Source: a virus. Taken from it: a stretch of 64,000 nucleotides of DNA. The notes under the pieces were generated by a model, which was not told the DNA's origin, made no database searches, and was given only the letters and a program-made list of their open reading frames with translations. Where the stretch lies: positions 32,001-96,000 of the IMG/VR virus record IMGVR_UViG_3300010938_000004; one strand, 5' to 3'. The stretch's first letter is position 1, and each line of letters opens with the position of its first letter. Below, piece by piece: positions 8,520 to 16,651 of this stretch. The translations under genes were made by a program, and so were the position numbers.

Positions 8520-10342
8520 GCCACAAAAAGATCAAAGACACGCTCGACAAGATCCGGTCGCAGCTCCTGAAGAACTATTCGCCCTACAAGATCGGCGAGA
8601 AGTTATCTCACCCGGCGATGGGTATGGTCAGCGTGGTCGGAGTCAATTCCGATGCCGAGCATCCTCATTACGAACTGTCCGACGGCAAGCAGAAGGTAAA
8701 GATGCCCTGGGCTAAGTCGAAGAACCTGCGCCCGGTACTTGATGCTGCCAAGGCCGAGATCATCAAGCAAAAGCTTGACGCTCCGCTTACCCATGACGAC
8801 TTGCGTCAAGGCGCGCACCGCGCCGTGGCCCACTTCATGGAAGATGTCCACTCCAATGACCCCGAACGCGTTGTGGTGGCTGTCCGCCAGCTGCGGGCTA
8901 AGAAGGCCCATCTTGGACTGACGCTGGGCGAGCATGCAATCTTGAACCAGGCACACACGATGATCGCTCGCGAGTATGAGAACGCGACCGGCCAGCGCGT
9001 TGCCCCCCTATCCAAGAGTCAGGCATGGAGCTACGATTCCCTGGAGAAGAGTAAAAAGGACTTCAAGGTAGGCAGTTACGCCCTGCATCAAAGCCATGGC
9101 ATCGGCAAGGTGATCGAACACAAAGAGGTCAACGGGCAGCGGTTCCATGTGCTAGAAATCGAAGACGGTGGGGCCCCTAAGAAGGTGTTCACTGGAGTCG
9201 AGAGACTTCGCCCTCCCATGTCCAAGGAAGAGGCAGCCAAGGTTAAGGAGGCGTATCATGCGCCACTTACCTTGGACGATCATTCACCCGAGATGACTTG
9301 GAACAGGCGCTATCGCGATCTCATGGAGATGACGCATGGCAACGAACCCATGCAGCAAGTAAAAGCCATCCGGCAACTTAAGTCCCTAGCTAACTTCAAG
9401 GATCTGTCGTTCGGCGAGCGCAAGCTGCTAGAGCAGAACGTCCGGGCGCTGGGCGCGCACTACAAAATTGCGACTGGCGAAGATCTGGACGCTCCGCCTC
9501 CCGAGGACAAGCCCACGCTGAAACTTGTCAAGCACGAGGCCATCCAGGCCTTGCTTAGCAAGTCGGATGAAGAGCACAGCCCGGAAGACGAGGACATCTA
9601 CTTTCACCCGTCAGGGCCGCTTGGCTTTAAGACTTCCGTGTCAGCTGGCGGCAAGCACCTGGGCGAATTCAGCTCTAATGATGAGGCAGAGGCTGCCGCA
9701 CGTGAATGGACCAATCGGTCTAATTTCTGGCCCAATGTTTGGCGCGTGTCTGACCATGGCAACTATCACCTCGCAAGCAAGGACTTTTACTCGCACCCGG
9801 ACTTCCAGCAGCCTAAGAAGGAAGACGTCAAAAAGTCTGAAGACCAAGGAGAAGGGGCCAAGATCATCAAGCTCCCCACCCTCTACACGCCTCCGGCTGA
9901 GGAACACATTCCGCTGGTTGAACTTGAGAACGAGCTTCACTACCACCTTCATCGCGCCGCGTCTCATGACAATATGGCTAAGCTTCTGGAGATAGCGGCT
10001 GAGACTCTCTACCGCAAGGGCGACCAGATGAGTGGTCACAAGGTCACGGCCGAGAAGCGGGCACACGAGACCGCCAAGGAAGCTCACCAAAGAGCGGCTG
10101 AGAAGACTTACCGGTCGATTGGTGTGTCGGACAAACAGCAGCCTCTGGGCGCCCTTTATCGCAGTCATGTCAGTGAGGGTGGCAAGTTGCTGACAGTGAA
10201 GTACGAGCCTAAATTTGAGCCGTACCAGCCGAAGGTGGAGAAATCCGAGCGCCCGGTGCTGAAAGAGGGCGAGAGCTACTCCTCGCTGCGTAAGCGGGAG
10301 AAAGCAAAGTCCAAGGGTGTCTGTAAGGATTATTCCAAGTAA
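8516..10342 (+). CDS. Multidomain protein with two tandem CarD/CdnL-like domains
   Basis: FKVGSYALHQSHGIGKV..LRP..TWNRRYR..KDLSFGERKLL (aa ~181-322) and a divergent copy YKIGEKLSHPAMGMVSV..LRP..LTLGEHAIL (aa ~22-160). Confidence 0.85.
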   Translation: MSHKKIKDTLDKIRSQLLKNYSPYKIGEKLSHPAMGMVSVVGVNSDAEHPHYELSDGKQKVKMPWAKSKNLRPVLDAAKAEIIKQKLDAPLTHDDLRQGAHRAVAHFMEDVHSNDPERVVVAVRQLRAKKAHLGLTLGEHAILNQAHTMIAREYENATGQRVAPLSKSQAWSYDSLEKSKKDFKVGSYALHQSHGIGKVIEHKEVNGQRFHVLEIEDGGAPKKVFTGVERLRPPMSKEEAAKVKEAYHAPLTLDDHSPEMTWNRRYRDLMEMTHGNEPMQQVKAIRQLKSLANFKDLSFGERKLLEQNVRALGAHYKIATGEDLDAPPPEDKPTLKLVKHEAIQALLSKSDEEHSPEDEDIYFHPSGPLGFKTSVSAGGKHLGEFSSNDEAEAAAREWTNRSNFWPNVWRVSDHGNYHLASKDFYSHPDFQQPKKEDVKKSEDQGEGAKIIKLPTLYTPPAEEHIPLVELENELHYHLHRAASHDNMAKLLEIAAETLYRKGDQMSGHKVTAEKRAHETAKEAHQRAAEKTYRSIGVSDKQQPLGALYRSHVSEGGKLLTVKYEPKFEPYQPKVEKSERPVLKEGESYSSLRKREKAKSKGVCKDYSK

Positions 10343-10399
10343 GAAATACGCATCACAATTAACCTTCGGGTTAACTAGGATGCATAATAAGAGTCCACC

Positions 10400-10870
10400 A
10401 TGCAGCCACAGCTCATATCGGGCCAGCGAATCGTGGTCGAGTTCGACGGCAGGAACATCTCCGCGGGTTTCGTCATGTCGGCCAACATTCTTACTCCACA
10501 CTCCGAAGAATTCGGGGTCGATTCCACCATCCCATTTGAATTGGTGCCCGGTCCGGTCCGGGTGCGCTTCATGCTCAAAATCTACCGCTCGGTGGCGAAC
10601 GACCCCTCTAACATGGGGATCGCCCCTAAGGCTGACCCACAATACGATGGCCGTGACCATCAGACCAGGTATGTGTCCATCGAAGTAAGGGAGCGCCTTA
10701 CCGATCGGACTATCCTATTTTTGCCCAAGTGCGTCATTACCGCGCGGACGATAGAGTCTCAAAGTGAGGACCTTGTGACCGAAGTGTGGTCCGTGACCTC
10801 CATCGGCTATAAGGGGCCCGAGGGCCAAAGGGCCGGTATCTTGCCAACGATCGCGGGCGCCCTGCCTTAA
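10400..10870 (+). CDS. Tail tube-like protein 3
   Basis: MQPQLISGQR start and IEVRERLT echo the other two paralogues. Confidence 0.55.
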   Translation: MQPQLISGQRIVVEFDGRNISAGFVMSANILTPHSEEFGVDSTIPFELVPGPVRVRFMLKIYRSVANDPSNMGIAPKADPQYDGRDHQTRYVSIEVRERLTDRTILFLPKCVITARTIESQSEDLVTEVWSVTSIGYKGPEGQRAGILPTIAGALP

Positions 10871-10976
10871 GCCTTGTTCGTTACTGTCGTTTTTCAACAG
10901 CTATGAACAGAATAGTCTTTTCACTACCATCTGAACTATCCGGAAATGCCGGATAGTTACTTCAAGGAGATAGCTC

Positions 10977-11405
10977 ATGCTTAAGATGCTCCCATCGTTC
11001 AACCGTTCCGTCACGATCGACTACACGGGACAGACTACCGGCACTCGATATCAAGGCACCTTCGAGTTCAAGGTAATCCTCGACGCGCAGGAAGAATTGC
11101 GCATGGAGGGGCTGGCGACCATGAAACTCCTGGGCCAAATAGGCCAAGCAGGTGCTGGCTACCAGGAGTTCGCCCGCTCGCTTGCTACTCTGCAAGTATC
11201 TATCTTGAAGTCGCCTGACTGGTGGTCGGACCCCAAGCAGCTCGCCGACGGCGAAAAAGTCTACGATCCGGACCTCATCGCCCACCTGCGGCTCGAACTT
11301 CGTAAGGCGAAACTTGCCTGGCAGGAAGACGTCGGTGTGAAAGCCAAGAAGGCGGAAGAGTCCAATGACAAAAAGCCTGAACCGGTCGAAGCCGCTGGAG
11401 CTTGA
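10977..11405 (+). CDS. Putative tail assembly chaperone
   Basis: Between tube and tape measure; SD AAGGAG; PDWW motif. Confidence 0.6.
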   Translation: MLKMLPSFNRSVTIDYTGQTTGTRYQGTFEFKVILDAQEELRMEGLATMKLLGQIGQAGAGYQEFARSLATLQVSILKSPDWWSDPKQLADGEKVYDPDLIAHLRLELRKAKLAWQEDVGVKAKKAEESNDKKPEPVEAAGA

Positions 11406-11814
11406 TGAACTGCTCGAAGTTCTGCGATCGCTGGCTTCCGAGCATGCCCGGTCTACTCGTCTTGGCCCTAGGACCAGGGACGAGCTGTGGCTGGCGCTTT
11501 GTTCGTGGTGGAGCGAATACTACAATCGTCCGCTCAAGGACCCGATACTGGAGAAATACACCCTTGAGGAGTTGGCTTACGAATTTTTCCTGAAGAAAAT
11601 GTCTGACCCCGAGACAGTCAAGAAACAAGCGCAAGAGAAGAAAAACAAGGAAGATGAGGAGTGGGCAATAGCAGAAGCGCGGGCTCAGTTCGAGGCGTAC
11701 CAGCAGAAGCTTAAGGCAGCAAAAGCGCCAGAGGGGGAATCTAAGGCGGAGGACGACAAGAAGAGGTTAACGCAGATGGCCGCGGCTATTCCAGATGTCA
11801 AGAAGGTGTTCTGA
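11365..11814 (+). CDS. Putative tail assembly chaperone 2
   Basis: Immediately before tape measure; WW..YNRP..DP..YTLEEL, charged helical tail. Confidence 0.55.
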   Translation: MTKSLNRSKPLELDELLEVLRSLASEHARSTRLGPRTRDELWLALCSWWSEYYNRPLKDPILEKYTLEELAYEFFLKKMSDPETVKKQAQEKKNKEDEEWAIAEARAQFEAYQQKLKAAKAPEGESKAEDDKKRLTQMAAAIPDVKKVF

Positions 11815-11879
11815 TAGGCTGCTGGTACGATCTAGGCTCAACGATTTGCTACCAACGGGCCTTCAGTAAATGGTAACTG

Positions 11880-14081
11880 GTGGATAATAATATAGAATTA
11901 CTATTCAAGGCGCGAGTAGACGATCCTTCGTCTACCATCCGCTCGTTCGAGGATCTAGGCAAACAGATCCAGGACGTAATGACTCGTGCCTTCGAGCAGG
12001 CTGCCAGGAATATCTCGCAGACCGTTCAGGGTATAGCTCAGGACGCCAGGAAGACCCTAGTGGACCAACACGGCAACCCGGTTGGCGCAGGCGGGTCGCA
12101 GACGACCAATGAAGGTGGAGTGCCAGGCCAAAGCCCAAACGCATTCACGGGCGTACGCTCCGGCACTTCTGGTCCCATCGGTCTGGGTGAGGCGGGACAG
12201 ATCTCACGCATATTCTTCACGGGTGGGACAGGGGGAGTGTCGAACTCCGTCTACCAGGGCTTGTACGATGCGACCCGCGCTGACATGGCAATGGTCGACA
12301 TCATCAAGGCCCAGAAGGACGCAGGCCTAGACACCGACCTCACGCGATCGGCACCTAACCAGCTCAAGCAGATGCTGGAGAATATGACCGGCGCGATGCG
12401 GGAAGCGACGCAGCGCATCACTGAGATTAATCGCCAACTGGCCGACTCTTCGCTGTCTCCAGAGAAGCGAGCGGAACTAGTAGGACAACTACAGTCGGAA
12501 GCCGCAATGCAGCGAGCAACCAGCAGCCGCGTGCGCGACATCGAAGGCATGCTGCCGGGCCAGGGGCCAATGTTCTCTCCGTACTTCATGACCGGTCTGG
12601 GGGCCGCAATCACAACGGGAGGCTTCGCAACTCAGCTGCCGATGGCCATGCGCGCTCGCGCGGCCGGGATGGCTGGGGTAGACGCTTTTGGATCGCGAGC
12701 CTTCATGGCTGGCGATGTAGGCTCCATCTACGCCATGGAGCAGATGGGCGGGGAAGATGCTGTGCGTCATGCGGCAGGCAGAGAGGCCATGAACTCCTCA
12801 TTGGCCAGAGTGGTCGGTGGCGGCGCGCAGATACTGGCGGGCAGCGCGCTAGGATTCACTGGGCTACCTGGCTTCATGTTGGGTGCTCAAGGGGCTCAGA
12901 TGTTCGGCGGCGCAGTGATGGATCTCATTTCTCTTCCCCAGCAGACTCGCGAGCGCATGGCTCAAGCCGTCGGCTACCGCATGGAGCAAGAAAAAGAGGC
13001 CATAGCCGCGATTCAGTCCGCCTACAACACTCGCATGAGCGCATATGGAAACGCACTGAACATTGGCAACGTGGGCGCCATGCACGTCCTCGATATGTCC
13101 AAAGGGGGCTCCAACGCCCTCCCTCTGGCGGTGCAGCTTCAGCTTAGAGCCCGCCTTGCGGGCGGTGGAGCTGCTCTCTCTACCGAAGACATCATGCGCC
13201 AGATGACGGGGTTGGCTGAAACTGGGCTTTTAGGCGCGCCCGAGATCATGGCCGGCCTATACCAGGGTGGAGTGGGCGCTGGGGCAGTAGGCGGGCTCGT
13301 GAGCTCTCTTCAAGGTCAACTATACGGCGCCGGATTCGACCCGACCGCCATTGGACCGGCATTGGCCGGCATGGCCCAGCAAGCTGGTTCTTTCGTGGGC
13401 GGGGCAGACTCTGCCGTAGCGAATTTCAGAGCCGACGCAGGCCTCGCGCGCCGGATGTATGGATCGGGCGGAGTTACTGCCGCGGAGCTTGCCCAAGGCG
13501 GACGCACGGCAGGAATGTACCGCGATACGATCACTGGCACCGGAGTTGGACAGATAGGAGCGTTCATGGGCCTTATGGGCCTGGGCGTCGAGATGTCCCT
13601 CCCGCAGCTCAGGTTCCTGCAGCGCCGAGGCTTCCAAGTAGACGACGCGACGCTTCGCAAAATGTTCCCAGGCTCAGGGCTCACCTCCTCGAAAGTGCGG
13701 GATGCCCTGGCCGGCGGGTTCGACGACCTGGGCGGCTTCATAGGTGACGAGGCGAAAACCCTAATTCTACAGCAGATGGCACCCGACATGCCATCTGAGG
13801 CCGCGGCGGTGATGGGTATGGGCGCCCGCGAGGCGCTAGGTCAGACTATAGGAGGTCCCGGCGTTTCTCCTCCTACCTTGCGCCAGAATCCGGATCGAGT
13901 GGCTGTGGGCCAGATAACCGCCGCCTTGGAGAAGCAGATGGTGGAGCTGGAAGCGGGGTTTGCTGCCTTGAACAAAATCATAGGCCCACTTCTCATAGCT
14001 GCTGACCAGCTAAAAAGAGCATTTGAGAAGCTCTCGCTTAGCTCCATGACGGGCGGCTACACCCTACACCCGAGGAAGTGA
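11880..14081 (+). CDS. Tape measure-like protein
   Basis: 733 aa Gly/Ala/Met-rich helical with hydrophobic stretches; synteny. Confidence 0.7.
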   Translation: MDNNIELLFKARVDDPSSTIRSFEDLGKQIQDVMTRAFEQAARNISQTVQGIAQDARKTLVDQHGNPVGAGGSQTTNEGGVPGQSPNAFTGVRSGTSGPIGLGEAGQISRIFFTGGTGGVSNSVYQGLYDATRADMAMVDIIKAQKDAGLDTDLTRSAPNQLKQMLENMTGAMREATQRITEINRQLADSSLSPEKRAELVGQLQSEAAMQRATSSRVRDIEGMLPGQGPMFSPYFMTGLGAAITTGGFATQLPMAMRARAAGMAGVDAFGSRAFMAGDVGSIYAMEQMGGEDAVRHAAGREAMNSSLARVVGGGAQILAGSALGFTGLPGFMLGAQGAQMFGGAVMDLISLPQQTRERMAQAVGYRMEQEKEAIAAIQSAYNTRMSAYGNALNIGNVGAMHVLDMSKGGSNALPLAVQLQLRARLAGGGAALSTEDIMRQMTGLAETGLLGAPEIMAGLYQGGVGAGAVGGLVSSLQGQLYGAGFDPTAIGPALAGMAQQAGSFVGGADSAVANFRADAGLARRMYGSGGVTAAELAQGGRTAGMYRDTITGTGVGQIGAFMGLMGLGVEMSLPQLRFLQRRGFQVDDATLRKMFPGSGLTSSKVRDALAGGFDDLGGFIGDEAKTLILQQMAPDMPSEAAAVMGMGAREALGQTIGGPGVSPPTLRQNPDRVAVGQITAALEKQMVELEAGFAALNKIIGPLLIAADQLKRAFEKLSLSSMTGGYTLHPRK

Positions 14082-15715
14082 TGGTCAAATCTCATTCCTC
14101 ATCCGCAGACGCAGCGATCCTGGCGTGGAATTATGACTCCCAGAACACCAGGAAGATCCAGTCAGATGCTGAGATCACCAAGGTCACCCCTCTTCTGGTA
14201 CAGGCCCCTATTAAGAGTATCAACGTATCCGAGACCAAAGGTGCGCCAGCAACCTTCAGTGTTGTGCTGGAAGCAAGCGAGGACTGGCGCTGCAAGATAC
14301 AAGTCGGAGCCTGGTGCGCTATAGTTATCAATGACCAAAAGATAAACAGCATGGATGATGCCGCAGTCGTAGGTAACGGCCTGCGCTGCGTAGGAGTGGT
14401 GAGGTCAGTCAGGTACCGCGAGGTCGTCATGGGCAACGGCGCCGTGGTACGCCGCTACGTGGTATCTGGCCAGGACTACAGTTCTGTCATCACCCGCGCA
14501 TCCTTCTATTCCAACGCTGCGCTCGCGGCGCTCCGCGGGAGCGTTGAGGGTCGAATCATCCTTCAGCTCATGGACAAGCAAGAGCACAAGAAGAAGCTCG
14601 ATGCGCCCAGGGCGACACCGGATGAACTTGTCTACCGTTTCTACAATTTCTTCATGGGTCAGGTGAATTTTACAATCGGTGATGACCGCAAAATCAAGAA
14701 GAATCAGGAGTCAGCGGGCCTCGTCGGCGTCCCGCTCTTGGTTCCGCCCGAGGTGTACCGCTTCATGCGTGGAACCTCGCCCGAGAGCCGTCAGTTCACC
14801 GCTCTGACGCATTACGTTAAGCAGAAACTGCCTGGAGTGATTTCAAACTCCCTGGGCATTGGGTCCAACTCGTCAGTGTGGGGGATCATGCAGGCGTACG
14901 CCAACCTGCCGTTTAATGAGCTTTACGCCACCATGCTTCCTACCACCATCGACGGAAAGCAGCGGCTATTGCCGACCATCGTTCATCGCATGAACCCATT
15001 CTCCAACACCACCGCTCTGAAAGTCGGCACCAACCAGACCTCTCAGGGAGATTCCTCATACGATACTTCGATACGCAGAGACCTGTCGGCAAACCTCGAA
15101 GAGAAGGACCCCTCCAAGGGGCAAGAGCAGATGGAGCACTGCTATGTCTCTAGGATCATCCATGGTGAAGAGGTTTATGACCAGGACTTGGGCCTCTCAG
15201 ACCAAGAGCGGTTCAACTTCTTTTTGTGCTCACCCTCGGTCGCTGGCTCAAGCTCTGAGATGGAGAACGTCATCATCGCCGACGCACTCAAAAACAATAA
15301 GGTGCTCATGGACCGCGCTTCCATGCAGAGGCACGGCCTCAGGCCCATAGTGGATAGCTCAATGTACTCCCTGCCTGGCTACACCACTAAGGACTCTTCG
15401 CCACTCTTGGTCCTCACCGACCAAATGCGCTCGGCCCTTGAGGATGCCTACCTGCTTGAGAACGGGACCATCCGATGTGCTGGGCGCTCAACACACGTAC
15501 CGCTGGGCACGAATGTGTACTTGGTTCATAGGGCCATGGTCTTCCATATAGAAGGCGCAAGTCACGACTACTCTGTGGACGACCGAGGCGAGCGGACATA
15601 CGAAGTGACTTACCGAGTGGTCCACGGCAAACGTTATGACCCTCTGACCGGCATTAAGGGCTATCCCATAGACCACCCCGACTACAAGGCCCAGGCTTCA
15701 CGGAGAGACAAATGA
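14078..15715 (+). CDS. Baseplate hub protein
   Basis: Synteny; VVSGQDY, HGLR and C-terminal FHIEGASHDY pattern of gp27/gpD-like hubs. Confidence 0.65.
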   Translation: MMVKSHSSSADAAILAWNYDSQNTRKIQSDAEITKVTPLLVQAPIKSINVSETKGAPATFSVVLEASEDWRCKIQVGAWCAIVINDQKINSMDDAAVVGNGLRCVGVVRSVRYREVVMGNGAVVRRYVVSGQDYSSVITRASFYSNAALAALRGSVEGRIILQLMDKQEHKKKLDAPRATPDELVYRFYNFFMGQVNFTIGDDRKIKKNQESAGLVGVPLLVPPEVYRFMRGTSPESRQFTALTHYVKQKLPGVISNSLGIGSNSSVWGIMQAYANLPFNELYATMLPTTIDGKQRLLPTIVHRMNPFSNTTALKVGTNQTSQGDSSYDTSIRRDLSANLEEKDPSKGQEQMEHCYVSRIIHGEEVYDQDLGLSDQERFNFFLCSPSVAGSSSEMENVIIADALKNNKVLMDRASMQRHGLRPIVDSSMYSLPGYTTKDSSPLLVLTDQMRSALEDAYLLENGTIRCAGRSTHVPLGTNVYLVHRAMVFHIEGASHDYSVDDRGERTYEVTYRVVHGKRYDPLTGIKGYPIDHPDYKAQASRRDK

Positions 15716-16647
15716 GTTACAACGAGTACGGAGATGCGATTAGCTACATGCTCGCGCCGGTTGCTGACCAGGCAAGTCAGCGCATGTTCGCGGATCACTC
15801 GATCGCCGTGGGTCAAGTGACCGCTGTCTACGCAGTGGACGACAAAGACAACTACAACTCGAATGACAAGCTTAAGCAGGTTCGGTACGACGTAGAAGTA
15901 TTGGGCCCCAACGGCGAAAGCGAACTCATCCCGCGCTGCGTGGCGATGGGCCCTGCGTGGGCCGGCGGTGCCAATGATTCACTGGAATTCACCTATGAAG
16001 ACCCGGCCCCGGGCAACCAGCCCAATAGATCTCTACGCAAGGGCCATTACGTAGTGGTCGCCTTCCTAGCCGGGAAGCGCGAAAGTGGCGTGATCCTGGG
16101 CTCTCTCGGCCACAGATCCTCGGTCGCGGCCAGGCGACGCCCCAAGAAAGCCGACGGCGCTGTGCTCGTAGGAGAGCTTCGCGGACTCTCCTTCTCGGTG
16201 AACAAAGACGGTGAGTTGAAGGTCACTTTCAATGGGCCGCGCGATGCTTCGGGCAATACCACCTCGGACAAGGGCCCGACCAGCGTGACCTTGGACAAGA
16301 CAGGCAGTGTGGTGGTCGAGACTAATAATCAGCAGAAGATCGTCATAGACCGCGATGCACAAGAGGTAACTGTGACTTGTGGTCCGACATCATGCGTCAT
16401 GAAGGGGAAGAGTGACCTCATTCAGGTCAAGGCAGACAGGGTAGAAGTAGGTGACGCCAATCTGGAGCCAATGGTGACTGGGTACAAGTGGAAGAAAATA
16501 ATGGAGGATCTCATCGACGAGATCATGCGGATCATCCACCCTACTGGCGTAGGTCCGTCAGGGGTGCCGTATAATAACCCCAAGTTCCTCGCCTTACGGA
16601 AGCGCCTCAAGGAGGCGCTCTCCGACCACCATTGGGTAGAGAAGTAA
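15712..16647 (+). CDS. Baseplate central spike (gpV/gp5-like)
   Basis: OB-fold-like G.YVVVAFLAG..GVILG, beta-helix-like repeats, HPTGVGPSG. Confidence 0.75.
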   Translation: MSYNEYGDAISYMLAPVADQASQRMFADHSIAVGQVTAVYAVDDKDNYNSNDKLKQVRYDVEVLGPNGESELIPRCVAMGPAWAGGANDSLEFTYEDPAPGNQPNRSLRKGHYVVVAFLAGKRESGVILGSLGHRSSVAARRRPKKADGAVLVGELRGLSFSVNKDGELKVTFNGPRDASGNTTSDKGPTSVTLDKTGSVVVETNNQQKIVIDRDAQEVTVTCGPTSCVMKGKSDLIQVKADRVEVGDANLEPMVTGYKWKKIMEDLIDEIMRIIHPTGVGPSGVPYNNPKFLALRKRLKEALSDHHWVEK

Positions 16648-16651
16648 GAGC

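Noticed and set aside
11350-11410. Programmed -1 frameshift between tail chaperones at C-AAA-AAG
   Set aside because: The downstream ORF is in the +1 frame, not -1, and has its own ATG at 11365
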